Assembly (NCBI GenBank): GCA_038852315.1 | Contig: JAWCKF010000005.1 | Coordinates: 12,040 to 76,039, forward strand | Direction: 5' to 3' | Origin: Thermoplasmata archaeon | GTDB taxonomy: Archaea > Thermoplasmatota > Thermoplasmata > UBA10834 | DNA length: 64,000 nt | Part shown: piece after piece, positions 44,512 through 53,835 of the stretch | How the letters are laid out: every line of letters starts with the position of its first letter | Position numbering within the stretch: the first letter of the stretch is position 1 | Notes under the pieces: generated by a model | Told to the model about the DNA's origin: nothing | What the model saw: only the letters and a program-made list of their open reading frames with translations | Database searches by the model: none | Made by a program: the position numbers and the translations under genes

Positions 44512-45864
44512 ATGAGAACCGTCGACAGAAGGAGGATCAGGCAACTGATGAAATCTGAAACAAGGGAGTTTGTACGAAGACATCCCAAGTCAAGAAAGCT
44601 GTTCGAGCGGGCAAAGAAGTCGCTGCTCGCGGGAGTCCCAATGAACTGGATGGTTCGATGGGCAGGTCCTTACCCGATCTTCTCGAAGGAGGGCAGGGGC
44701 GCCTACATAACTGATGTCGATGGCAACAGATATCTCGATCTCTGCCTCGGAGATACGGGCTCGATGTTCGGACACTCGCCGAAGGCCGTGGTAGATGCAG
44801 TCAGGAGACAGGTCGCCAGAGGCATAACCATGATGCTGCCGACCGAGGACGCAGTGTGGGTGGGCGAGGAGCTGGCCAGGAGATTCGGCCTGCCGTATTG
44901 GCAGATAGCCATGACTGCAACTGACGCGAACAGGTTCTCGATCAGGCTGGCACGCGAGGTCACCCGCAGGTCCAAGATACTCGTCGTTGCAGGATGCTAT
45001 CACGGCACTGTGGACGAGACACTCATCGCCCTCAAGAACGGCAAGGTAGTGCCCAGAAGCGGCAACATCGGACCGCCTGTACCGCCCGAGGTCACGACCA
45101 GAGCCGTCGAGTTCAACGACATTCCAGCCCTCGAAAGGGCCCTGAAGCACAAGGACGTGGCCTGTGTTCTGGCTGAGCCTGCGATGACCAACCGGGGCAT
45201 AATCCTGCCCGACCCCGGTTATCACGACGCCCTGAGAGAACTCACAAGGAAGTACGACACGCTCCTCATCATCGATGAGACACACACGCTCTGCTGCGGC
45301 ATCGGCGGATACACGAGAGAATACGGCCTCAAGCCGGACATGCTGACGATGGGCAAGCCCCTAGCTAGCGGCGTGCCTGTGGCGGCCTACGGCTGCAGCC
45401 AATATGTGTCAGACAAGGTGATGAAACGCATACTTGACGAAGGCACCGATGAGAGCGGGTTGGGCGGCACACTGACTGGAAACGCCCTCAGCGTCGCGGC
45501 CATGCGCGCGACTCTGGAGAAGGTCATCACGCAGGAGGCCTTCGAAAGGATGATGCCGCTAGCTATACGGTTCGAGAAGGGCATCGCAGACGCCATAAGG
45601 GATCACGCACTCCCGTGGAACGTCACCCGCCTGGGCGTGAGGATCGAGTATCACTTCATGCCGAGGCCACCCAGGAACGGGGCTGAGGCGGATGCCGCCA
45701 AGGATTCCGAACTCGAGAAGCTGATGCACCTCATGGCCCTGAACAGGGGGATACTGCTTACGCCGTTCCACAACATGGCACTCATATCGCCTTACACGAC
45801 GAAGAAGGACGTCGACTATCACACGAAGGTGTTCGAAGAGTGCGTGTCGGCCCTGGTCGGATGA
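44512..45864 (+). CDS. Class-III aminotransferase, glutamate-1-semialdehyde aminomutase-like
   Basis: 450 aa. Motifs are YLDLCLGDTGSMFGHSP and IIDETHT. The PLP-lysine context is TMGKPLASGVPVAAYG. Confidence 0.75.
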   Translation: MRTVDRRRIRQLMKSETREFVRRHPKSRKLFERAKKSLLAGVPMNWMVRWAGPYPIFSKEGRGAYITDVDGNRYLDLCLGDTGSMFGHSPKAVVDAVRRQVARGITMMLPTEDAVWVGEELARRFGLPYWQIAMTATDANRFSIRLAREVTRRSKILVVAGCYHGTVDETLIALKNGKVVPRSGNIGPPVPPEVTTRAVEFNDIPALERALKHKDVACVLAEPAMTNRGIILPDPGYHDALRELTRKYDTLLIIDETHTLCCGIGGYTREYGLKPDMLTMGKPLASGVPVAAYGCSQYVSDKVMKRILDEGTDESGLGGTLTGNALSVAAMRATLEKVITQEAFERMMPLAIRFEKGIADAIRDHALPWNVTRLGVRIEYHFMPRPPRNGAEADAAKDSELEKLMHLMALNRGILLTPFHNMALISPYTTKKDVDYHTKVFEECVSALVG

Positions 45865-46029
45865 ACTCCGGCTGATTCGCTCGATTCGTCCGTTCCACTG
45901 GCGATGTCCTAGGCATGATGGGTACTATTTTACCTTGTCGGTTATCGGACATTATCGCATCTGATAACATGGGCCATACTTTAATAGGCCATCCTGAGGC
46001 TAGAAGGAGGCGTAGACCAAGACGCACGA

Positions 46030-47565
46030 ATGGGTGGTCCGCTGAAGACGTTGATCGTCGATGACCCCATGACAAGTCTGTCCGCTCTCGAAGAGCATCT
46101 CGCTAGACTTGATTGTCAGGTTGAGATAGCGTGGGACCTCGTGGAGGCTGAGAAGCGCATCAGTTCTGATCACTTCGACTCCGTGATAACCAGCGGGCTC
46201 GCCGTTGCTGGCGATCCCGTAGCGTTCGCCATTAAATGCAAAGTGCTGCACCGAGACAAGCTCCGTTCAATACTGTACGCGCCTTCGCCCCTATCTCCGG
46301 AGGACGAGAAGTTCCTGCGCGAAGGAGGCGTGGATCACATACTGAGGTCGACCAAGGAGGACGATCTAAGAAACATGCTGTCAGTGCTTCGTTCACCAGA
46401 CCCTCAGGCGCCCTCATTGCTTGGAGCCCAGCTCGACCTGGCGCGCGCCGCCGCCATATCGAAGACGATGTCCGATCACGTTCTACGTGATCTGGCCTCC
46501 AAGGCGAGGAAATTGGAGGAGATACTTGAGAACTCGAGCGACGTCATCTACGAGCTTGATCCATACGGCCGCATCATACTGATCAGCAAAGTCATCGAGA
46601 CGCTCACGGGCTACACGCGGGAGGAGCTTTTGGGAATGAGTGCTCTCGATGTCACCTCGCCAGATTCGATAGAGGTTGTCGCAGAGCACATATCGATGTT
46701 GCTCTCTGGAAAGGTCGAGCCGCCCGCGGTGGAGGTCGGCGTGCAGACGAAGTCTGGCAAGGTCATTCCGGCAGAGATGGTGGTCCGCCCGATCAAGCAC
46801 AAGAACCAGGTCGTCGGCATCTTGGGCATAGGGAGAAACGTCGAGGAACGCAAGAGGCTGGAGGAGAGTCTCAGGCGCGCGCTGAACGAGAAGGACTTCT
46901 ATCTGGACCTCATGGCTCACGACATCCAGAACTTCAACCAGGCGATCATAGGCTATCTCGAGATGATACTGGGTACGAGTTCGTTGGATCCGAGGCTTGA
47001 GAGATATGCACAGGGCGCGTTCCGCCAAGTCATGCAGACGGCCCAGCTCATAGCGCATCTGAAAAAGATTGCCGACGTGAGGTCCCACGGGAGGGAGAGT
47101 CTTGAAAGGAGGGACCTGAAGGAGATCCTCGAGAAGAGCACTACCAACCTCCAGAGTCGCCTCGATAAGAAGCTCGTCGCAATCACCCTAGACTGCCCTG
47201 ACACCGCGTGTCCTATACTTGCAGGCGACGACATCAACGAGCTCATGGACCTCCTAGTGTCAGTTGCCATGCGCTACTCCCTCTCAGACCTGCTCCACAT
47301 AAGGGTGTCCGTTTCGGCAGAGCAGAGGAATGGCAGGAAGTTCTGGTGCGTTGTGATGTCCGGAAACAACCTCCGCCTCACCGCTCCTGTCGTCAAGTGC
47401 ATGATCTCCCAAGACTACACAGGTTGTCAGGCGATCGAGCGTCCAGACCTACAGCTTCTTGTTGCCAGGGCGATAGTCGAGACGCTGGACGGCACGATAG
47501 AGATAAGGTTGAACGAGAACGGAAGAGGTGATGGGTTCGTCATCCGAATCCCGCAAGCGCAGTAG
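46030..47565 (+). CDS. Receiver-like domain - PAS - HisKA - degenerate HATPase sensor protein
   Basis: 511 aa. The N-terminal REC-like fold is LIVDDP.... PAS is SSDVIYELDPYGRIILISKVIETLTGYTREELLG. H-box is AHDIQNFNQ. I could not see G1/G2 ATP-binding boxes in the C-terminal domain. Confidence 0.7.
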   Translation: MGGPLKTLIVDDPMTSLSALEEHLARLDCQVEIAWDLVEAEKRISSDHFDSVITSGLAVAGDPVAFAIKCKVLHRDKLRSILYAPSPLSPEDEKFLREGGVDHILRSTKEDDLRNMLSVLRSPDPQAPSLLGAQLDLARAAAISKTMSDHVLRDLASKARKLEEILENSSDVIYELDPYGRIILISKVIETLTGYTREELLGMSALDVTSPDSIEVVAEHISMLLSGKVEPPAVEVGVQTKSGKVIPAEMVVRPIKHKNQVVGILGIGRNVEERKRLEESLRRALNEKDFYLDLMAHDIQNFNQAIIGYLEMILGTSSLDPRLERYAQGAFRQVMQTAQLIAHLKKIADVRSHGRESLERRDLKEILEKSTTNLQSRLDKKLVAITLDCPDTACPILAGDDINELMDLLVSVAMRYSLSDLLHIRVSVSAEQRNGRKFWCVVMSGNNLRLTAPVVKCMISQDYTGCQAIERPDLQLLVARAIVETLDGTIEIRLNENGRGDGFVIRIPQAQ

Positions 47566-48286
47566 CAGCAAGGGTGAGCCCAAGCCTTGCGCGGTGGACC
47601 CCGACAAGCTCGCGATGGTGTCGGACTACCTGAAGAGGACGCTCTCTGACCGCCCTTACGCCTTCATCATTGAGAGCCTATCCGAGCGGCTCGATGTCGG
47701 CAAGGGCGACAGGCCTCTGGACTCTGTGGGCGTGATACACGCGCCGGCCGATTTCGATCACAGGCTGTTGCTGACAGAGAAGACCGTTGCCTTCGTGCCC
47801 TACTGCTGCAAGCCATTCGACTGCCCGTCGAACGAAGACCGTGGTAGGAAGAGCAACACGTGCCAGGCAATAACCGACAAGTGCGAGCATCCGACATGCA
47901 GCATATCGAGGTTCATCAAGATAGTGAAGAGGCTCGGAATCAAGGAGTTCTTCGTGATAGATACTGATTCCGAGCTTATCAAGTGGCTAGCGAAGAAGCG
48001 CGCGGAGGGGTATACTCAGGCCATCGGTGCAGCGTGCGAGTTCGCAGTCTGCTACGCACTCGAGGTGATACACGGCCAGCTCGGTTATGACGGGCTGATA
48101 CTCATCATCAACGGCGACAAGTGCAGGACCAAGGAGGAGTACGCCGAGAGCGACGAATCCGATAGGGGAAGGCTTACTTTCATAGACGAATGGACCCTCA
48201 TGGCGCTGGAAGACATAGTCAACGAGGTCTGCAACGGGCTCGAGCAGGGTGAAGCCGCAAACGGCACAAAGGCGGTAGAGAGGTAG
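47531..48286 (+). CDS. DUF116-like cysteine-rich protein
   Basis: ORF track 47528..48286; ATG at 47531. It overlaps the upstream kinase gene by 35 nt in another frame. The patterns FVPYCCKPFDCP, CEHPTCSISRF and GAACEFAVCYALE resemble conserved DUF116 blocks. Confidence 0.55.
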   Translation: MGSSSESRKRSSSKGEPKPCAVDPDKLAMVSDYLKRTLSDRPYAFIIESLSERLDVGKGDRPLDSVGVIHAPADFDHRLLLTEKTVAFVPYCCKPFDCPSNEDRGRKSNTCQAITDKCEHPTCSISRFIKIVKRLGIKEFFVIDTDSELIKWLAKKRAEGYTQAIGAACEFAVCYALEVIHGQLGYDGLILIINGDKCRTKEEYAESDESDRGRLTFIDEWTLMALEDIVNEVCNGLEQGEAANGTKAVER

Positions 48287-48543
48287 TTGAACCCCACCAG
48301 CAGAAAGACATTTGGCCACTAATGGCAAGGCAGATGATGACATCTTGCCTCTAGGATTTCGGGTGTCCAGTTGATTTGTTAAGCGTACCAACCGGTGAAT
48401 GGATCGCTTGAGTTCCACCCTCCTGAGGACCCCTTTCCTTCCCTGGCAAAGTGCGTCGCCGACCCCGAATTGTCCCAGAAGTGTGTGACGAACATCAACA
48501 GGCGATGTACGTGAATTCCTCGTTTTACGTTATGGGTCATATT

Positions 48544-48866
48544 GCCAGGTGAAGGACATAAGCCCCTTTCTGTTGGCCCCTTTCGGGGTTGATGGCATTC
48601 GACTATTGCACTCTACCCGCCGACGATGAGAGATCGATCCGGCCGTTTGAGCTTGCTCCAGTGGGGAGTCGCCGTTTCATCAGATCCCCGGGAGACCTCA
48701 CCCACAGAGGGATCATCGCTTTATCCCGGGGCTGTGTCGTTTCTGCGCCCTTGCCAGGACTCTCGCCCTGCTGCTCTGGCAGCCCACTTTCTCACGGAGA
48801 GGGGACTTTCCTCAGCTGGCGTGTGCCGAGCACGCGCCTACCGTCAGCCATCCGCCTTCTCCTGGC
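48544..48866 (-). ncRNA. rnpB: RNase P RNA (archaeal type-A-like)
   Basis: The minus strand carries the conserved GAGGAAAGUCCCC (CR-I) and ACAGAAAGGGGCUUAU (CR-V). AAG(U)CCCC can pair with GGGGCUU to form P4 with the bulged U. Terminal helix P1 is GCCAGGAGAAGG (48866-48855) pairing with CCUUCACCUGGC (48555-48544), 11 of 12 bp. A P3-like hairpin GGCGCGUGCUCGGCACACGCC is present. Ends are approximate, within a few nt. Confidence 0.85.
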
Positions 48867-48927
48867 GGATTATGTGAGAGAACATGTTGTACAAAAGGAT
48901 TTCTCACTGCCTCGAGGTCAGCCTGGT

Positions 48928-49404
48928 TCAGATCACCTTGGTAGGGGAGAAAGCCGTTTCCACCGTGACCTTGCCGCTTCTGGTATCAAGATAAGCCGAG
49001 CGTCCACGCTTTCCGGCAGTATCTTCGGCCACTATGCGGATGGCGTTCTCTCGGAGCGCCTTACGGGCCTCTGCGCAGTTGTGGCTTCCTATGTCAGAGA
49101 TTGAGAGGTTGAGGTTCGCGAACATCTGGGCTCCCCCCACGAGCTTCGCCACAAGCCTGTCCTTCGACGCCCCCTTTGCTATCATCTCGCGGATCAGCTT
49201 TCTCGTGCCCGTGTCAGCGTACTTCTCCTCGCACTCGCAGTCCTTCGGAGCCTTCGGGAGCAGAACATGGACTATTCCGCCCATCCTCAGGAGAGGGTCG
49301 TAAAGTATGACCGCCACGCATGAACCCAGTCCTATGCATGCTATTTGCTCGGGATTGTGGCAGATTGCCATCTGAGCGATGCCGACAACCTTGCAGTCCT
49401 TCAT
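48928..49404 (-). CDS. cheD: Chemoreceptor glutamine deamidase CheD
   Basis: 158 aa. Pattern CIGLGSCVAVILYD...GGIVHVLLP...KLVGGAQMF. The start overlaps the cheC stop. Confidence 0.9.
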   Translation of the reverse strand: MKDCKVVGIAQMAICHNPEQIACIGLGSCVAVILYDPLLRMGGIVHVLLPKAPKDCECEEKYADTGTRKLIREMIAKGASKDRLVAKLVGGAQMFANLNLSISDIGSHNCAEARKALRENAIRIVAEDTAGKRGRSAYLDTRSGKVTVETAFSPTKVI

Positions 49405-50012
49405 CTCGCTGCTTCTCCCATCCTGTCGAGTATGAGCTTCAGAGTCGACTCTTCGGGCAGCATCAGGAAGTACCCTTCGAACTGCCTGTCAAGCGCCTTG
49501 AAGGATGTGTGCACGGCTATCACCGTGTCGACCTTCGAGCCGAGGCTGGCCAAAGGCATGTCAAGGACTGCGCCCAGCATGTCGACGGTCGCATCCGGCG
49601 GCGCAGGAATCATGTCGACGGCGATCATCTTGGAGACGGCGATGAGGTACCAGCAGAGGCAGATGTTGCCCACCTCCCTAAGGGCTGAGTGCTGTATCGC
49701 GTTGAGGGCCGAGAGCTCCACCTTCTCTTTTGTTAGGTGTTCGAGCAGTGCCCTGGCCGAATCGCCTGGCAGCACGACGAGGACGCCGCTTTTCAGATCG
49801 CCGCATAGGTAGGTGTAGGTGCCCGCGACCACCTGGTTCGCTCCCCCGAGGTATTCGGGAACCTCTGCGAGAGGCAGTATCCTACATGTGGTCGCGTCGT
49901 TCATGAGTTCGACGTTCAACAACGAGGACAAAGCCGTCGCCGCGCTGCCAGCACCTATGTTCGCGAACTCCGTGATTATGTCGATCACCCTGCTGTTGGC
50001 TCCCGGTATCAT
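49401..50012 (-). CDS. cheC: CheY-P phosphatase CheC
   Basis: ORF track 49401..50039. The ATG at 50012 is preceded by GGAGG 8 nt upstream and lies 4 nt after the cheA stop. The N-terminal motif EFANIGAGSAATALS is present. A second CheC-like repeat (SALREVGNI) is also present. Confidence 0.85.
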   Translation of the reverse strand: MIPGANSRVIDIITEFANIGAGSAATALSSLLNVELMNDATTCRILPLAEVPEYLGGANQVVAGTYTYLCGDLKSGVLVVLPGDSARALLEHLTKEKVELSALNAIQHSALREVGNICLCWYLIAVSKMIAVDMIPAPPDATVDMLGAVLDMPLASLGSKVDTVIAVHTSFKALDRQFEGYFLMLPEESTLKLILDRMGEAAR

Positions 50013-50016
50013 TGAC

Positions 50017-51936
50017 CTAGCCTCCAAGTATCGATTCAACGTCGAGTATGAGCGCTATATCGCCGCTGCCGAGTATGGTTCCGCCCGATATCCCTTTCAC
50101 GCCCTTGAGCCGCTTGTCCAGCGACTTGACGACTATCTGCTGATGGCCCAGCAGTGCGTCGACCTCCAAGGCGGCCCGCTTGTCCCTGCTTTGTACAATC
50201 AGCGCGTAGATTCCCTCCGTGCCCTCGGGGCTGGGACCAAGCTTGAAGAAGTCCCGCATCCTGATGAGAGGCAGCACCTCGCCCCTGAGCTGGACGACCT
50301 CCCTATTGCGTATCATCTTCACATCGGACGGGGAGTACCTGTGCGACTCCACCACAGTCCCCATAGGTACCGCATACGGCTGTTCGCCAATGCGCACCAA
50401 CATGGCCTCGATTATGGCGAGGGTGAAGGGCAGCCAAAGGGAGAAGGTTGTCCCATGGCCGAGGCTTGTGTTCACCATTATCGATCCTCCGAGAGCCTCG
50501 ACGTTGCTCTTGACGACGTCCAGGCCAACCCCTCTGCCAGAAACCTCTGTGACCTTCTTCGCTGTCGAGAAGCCTGGTTTGAACAGGAGGTCGAAAAGCT
50601 CCCGGGCCGAGGCGCTCGCGGCCTGCTCCTCTGTCATGATGCCCTTGGACACGGCGGCCTCTCTGACAGAGTCGACATCAATGCCTCTCCCGTCATCCTG
50701 AACCTCTATCAGGACATGATCCTGCTGCTTGGAGGCCACGACCCTTATCATCCCTTTGGGCCGCTTACCGGCCCTCTCTCTCTCCTCCGGGGTCTCAATC
50801 CCGTGATCGACGCAGTTCCTCAGGAGGTGCATCATGGGCTCAGTGATCTTGTCCACCACCGTCCTATCGAGCTCGATGTCGCCTCCTTCGACTATGAGCT
50901 CGACATCTTTGCCCTCCGCCTTCGCTATGTCCCTGACCATCCTCGGATAGCGGCTCATCACGGTGTCCAGGGGGATCATCCTTATGCCAAGCACCTTCTC
51001 CTGGATGCTTGATGTGAGCTTGTCGATGAGCGAGGATATCTCCTGGAGGTCGTAGTCCTCCTGCGAATGCATCTTCTCCATGAGCCTGCTCCTGCCGATG
51101 ACGAGCTCGCCCACGTCGTCCAGCAGTTCGTCCAGCTTGTCCATACCCACCCGAACAGTCTGGGCCAAGGGGGCTTCTGGAACCGCGCTGGCATGCGGCT
51201 GCTCGTGCGAGGCGAACTGCTCCCAGGATTCTCTTGGGGTATTGTCGTCCCCAAGAGCCATCTGCTCGACGTCCGTCATGGAGGCTATTCTCTTCAGCGA
51301 CTCCCTGTATCTCTCCCCGGGTTCGAACCGGATCACCAGCTCCTCGAACATGTGCTCGCGCTCTATCTCGTCCTCCGAGGGTCTTGTGTTCGTTATCTTC
51401 GAAGTCTTCTCCAGCTCCTTCATTATGACGAGCGCGCGTGCGGCTGGCAGTGCGCACTTCTTGGCGAGTTTGATGGCGAGGACCTTGTCCTCGGCCTTCT
51501 CCCGCTTCCTCCTCGGGGCGGGAACAGGAGTCTTCGGCGCAGGCGGTGACTCCTTCAGCACGGCGGCAAGCGAGTCTGCGAGAGTCTGGTCCCATACCGG
51601 TTCGCGACCGCTCTCCACCGCCGACACCATAGCCTCAAGTGCATCGAGGCCTTTGAAGAGCAACTCAAGCACATGCTCAGTGGGCTCGAGCTTTCCGTCC
51701 CTGACTGCCGCGAGGACGTCCTCGATGGCATGGGCGGTGTCAGCCGTGGCCTTCATGTTCATCATGCTAGCCATTCCTTTTATCGTATGGCAGTTCCTGA
51801 AGACCAGGTCAACCTGCTCCTTGTCTCCCGGGTTCGATTCGAGCTTCAGCAGTGCTTCATTCGAAATCCGGAGCGCCTCTCTCGCCTCCGAAATGAACAT
51901 CCTTGTGTACTTGGCCATGTCCAGTTCCTTCGCCAT
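50017..51936 (-). CDS. cheA: Chemotaxis histidine kinase CheA
   Basis: 639 aa. The Hpt domain carries HTIKGMA. HATPase motifs are HLLRNCVDHGIE, DDGRGID and GRGVGLDVV. The C-terminus is a CheW-like P5 domain. Confidence 0.95.
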   Translation of the reverse strand: MAKELDMAKYTRMFISEAREALRISNEALLKLESNPGDKEQVDLVFRNCHTIKGMASMMNMKATADTAHAIEDVLAAVRDGKLEPTEHVLELLFKGLDALEAMVSAVESGREPVWDQTLADSLAAVLKESPPAPKTPVPAPRRKREKAEDKVLAIKLAKKCALPAARALVIMKELEKTSKITNTRPSEDEIEREHMFEELVIRFEPGERYRESLKRIASMTDVEQMALGDDNTPRESWEQFASHEQPHASAVPEAPLAQTVRVGMDKLDELLDDVGELVIGRSRLMEKMHSQEDYDLQEISSLIDKLTSSIQEKVLGIRMIPLDTVMSRYPRMVRDIAKAEGKDVELIVEGGDIELDRTVVDKITEPMMHLLRNCVDHGIETPEERERAGKRPKGMIRVVASKQQDHVLIEVQDDGRGIDVDSVREAAVSKGIMTEEQAASASARELFDLLFKPGFSTAKKVTEVSGRGVGLDVVKSNVEALGGSIMVNTSLGHGTTFSLWLPFTLAIIEAMLVRIGEQPYAVPMGTVVESHRYSPSDVKMIRNREVVQLRGEVLPLIRMRDFFKLGPSPEGTEGIYALIVQSRDKRAALEVDALLGHQQIVVKSLDKRLKGVKGISGGTILGSGDIALILDVESILGG

Positions 51937-51941
51937 CTTGC

Positions 51942-52994
51942 TCAGTCCTCCAGGAACCGGACGATGGCTTCCGGGATATCAGTCAGGGGCAGGACCTCGT
52001 CCGCTATGCCAGCATCTATGACTGCCCTGGGCATGCCGAACACGATCGAAGTCTTCTCATCCTGCGCAATGACCCTCCCGCCAGCCATGTGCAGGACAGC
52101 AGCTCCTCTTGAGCCGTCCATTCCCATACCGGTCAGGACAACACCCAGAGCATGTTCTCCCAGGGTTTCGGCCGCGCTCGCAAACAACACATCCGCAGAC
52201 GGCTTCACGAAGTTCACTGGCTCTGAGTCATCGAGCACGATTTGCAACTTGGACTCATTCATCCACCCGACCTTCATGTGCCTCCCACCAGGAGCAAGGT
52301 ATGCCGTGCCCTGGTCGACTGGCAGACTGTCGTGCGCGAGCGTCACTCTGGGCCCGTTCACTGATGCCAGGCGCTTCGCGAAGGACTCGGAGAAGTTTTC
52401 TGGGATGTGCTGAACTATGAAGATCGATGCCGGCAGATCTTTCGGAAGGGCGGAGAATATGGCTTCGAGCGCCCGGGGACCACCTGTGGATGCGGCGATG
52501 AACACCGACTTGTTGGACCGGGCTGCCCGCCTCCTGATGTAGCTAATCCTGCGGGGAGCGCTTGCGCGGACCGCCTGGAGTGCATCCAATTTGGCGCCAG
52601 CGGCGCCCTTGACGATCTCGATTATCCTCTCGCTGAAGTTCACTATGTCGATAGATACAGGCCCGCTGGGCTTCGAGATGAAGTCGACCGCGCCCAGCCC
52701 CAAGGCCCTCAGGGGCAACTGGTCATCTTTCTTGTCCATTGCTGAGAGCATAACCACCCTCGTTGGGTTTTCCTTCATTATGCGCTGGAGGGTGGCGAGC
52801 CCGTCCATCCTCGGCATCTGGATATCGAGCAGGACCACGTCGGGGGTGAGTCGTTTGACGGTGTCGACCGCCTCCAAACCGTCCTTGGCGACGCCTACGA
52901 CACTTATCTCCGGGTCGGTCTCGAGCATGTCCTTGAGGACGACACGCATGTAGGCACTGTCGTCGACTATGACCGCTCGAACCTGCCCGGGCAT
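51942..52994 (-). CDS. cheB: Protein-glutamate methylesterase/glutaminase CheB
   Basis: 350 aa. The REC domain motifs are VDDS and LLDIQMPRMDG. The methylesterase domain motifs are ASTGGPRAL, VQH and TGMGMDG. Confidence 0.95.
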   Translation of the reverse strand: MPGQVRAVIVDDSAYMRVVLKDMLETDPEISVVGVAKDGLEAVDTVKRLTPDVVLLDIQMPRMDGLATLQRIMKENPTRVVMLSAMDKKDDQLPLRALGLGAVDFISKPSGPVSIDIVNFSERIIEIVKGAAGAKLDALQAVRASAPRRISYIRRRAARSNKSVFIAASTGGPRALEAIFSALPKDLPASIFIVQHIPENFSESFAKRLASVNGPRVTLAHDSLPVDQGTAYLAPGGRHMKVGWMNESKLQIVLDDSEPVNFVKPSADVLFASAAETLGEHALGVVLTGMGMDGSRGAAVLHMAGGRVIAQDEKTSIVFGMPRAVIDAGIADEVLPLTDIPEAIVRFLED

Positions 52995-53003
52995 CTGCCT
53001 CCC

Positions 53004-53369
53004 TCAGATTTCCATCTGAAGAACCGCGTTCACTGATTCCAGGACATCGTCGGCGGTGAACGGTTTGATGATGAAATCAACCGCGCCCGCCTCGAGTGAG
53101 CGCATCACGGTCTTCTGGTGCCCCAGGGCCGATATCATAATGATCTTGGCTTTCTTGTTGGCCTCCTTCAGCCTCCTGACAGCCTCGATGCCGTCCTTGT
53201 CGGGCATGACTATGTCCATTGTGATGACGTCCGCTCCCTCCTTCAGGAACTTCTCAAGCGCCTCGTCTGCGCTCTTGGCTTCGATGACCTTGTGCCCGCC
53301 CGCCTCCAATATGTTCCTCAGCACCTTGCGCATGAACTCAGAGTCGTCCACGACCAGTATCTTCGACAT
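53004..53369 (-). CDS. cheY: Chemotaxis response regulator CheY
   Basis: 121 aa, single REC domain. Motifs are VVDDSEFMR, the acceptor context ITMDIVMPDKDG, SALG and KPF. Confidence 0.9.
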   Translation of the reverse strand: MSKILVVDDSEFMRKVLRNILEAGGHKVIEAKSADEALEKFLKEGADVITMDIVMPDKDGIEAVRRLKEANKKAKIIMISALGHQKTVMRSLEAGAVDFIIKPFTADDVLESVNAVLQMEI

Positions 53370-53370
53370 C

Positions 53371-53835
53371 TCAGGCCCCCTTCGTCTCCGGTTCGACGGA
53401 CATGTCCAACACCTTTATGGGATCGATTATTGTGATCAGCCGGTCCGAGTGCTTCGCTATGCCGACCACATACTCCGACTCTATCTTGCTCGCTATCGGC
53501 AACGGGACCTTCTCGACAGTGGCCTTGGGTATGTTGGCCACCTCAACCACTTCGTCGACGATGAACCCAACGGGAGCATCCGAGGCTTCGACTACGACTA
53601 TCTTGGACTGCGACTGCTCTGCCATCGGCTCCATGCCAAACCTCTTCCGCAGATTGATCACCGTGACGAGCTTTCCCCGCAGGTTCATGATCCCTTCGAT
53701 GTATTGCGCGCTACCGTGGACCGTCGTGATGCGATCCATCGTCTGGATTTCCCTGACATTGGTCACGTCGAAGCCGTACTCCTCCTTCCCGAGCCGGAAC
53801 ACGACATACTGGTCGATGACGGAACTTGCCATCAC
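53371..53835 (-). CDS. cheW: Chemotaxis coupling protein CheW
   Basis: 154 aa. CheW-like pattern [16 protein letters not shown]...[20 protein letters not shown]...VGFIVDEV. Confidence 0.9.
   Translation of the reverse strand: MMASSVIDQYVVFRLGKEEYGFDVTNVREIQTMDRITTVHGSAQYIEGIMNLRGKLVTVINLRKRFGMEPMAEQSQSKIVVVEASDAPVGFIVDEVVEVANIPKATVEKVPLPIASKIESEYVVGIAKHSDRLITIIDPIKVLDMSVEPETKGA

Noticed and set aside
48589-49104. ORF-track 171-aa ORF (and 48626..48877) between DUF116 and cheD.
   Set aside because: It runs antisense through the RNase P RNA and into cheD. The region is better explained by the conserved RNase P elements on the minus strand.
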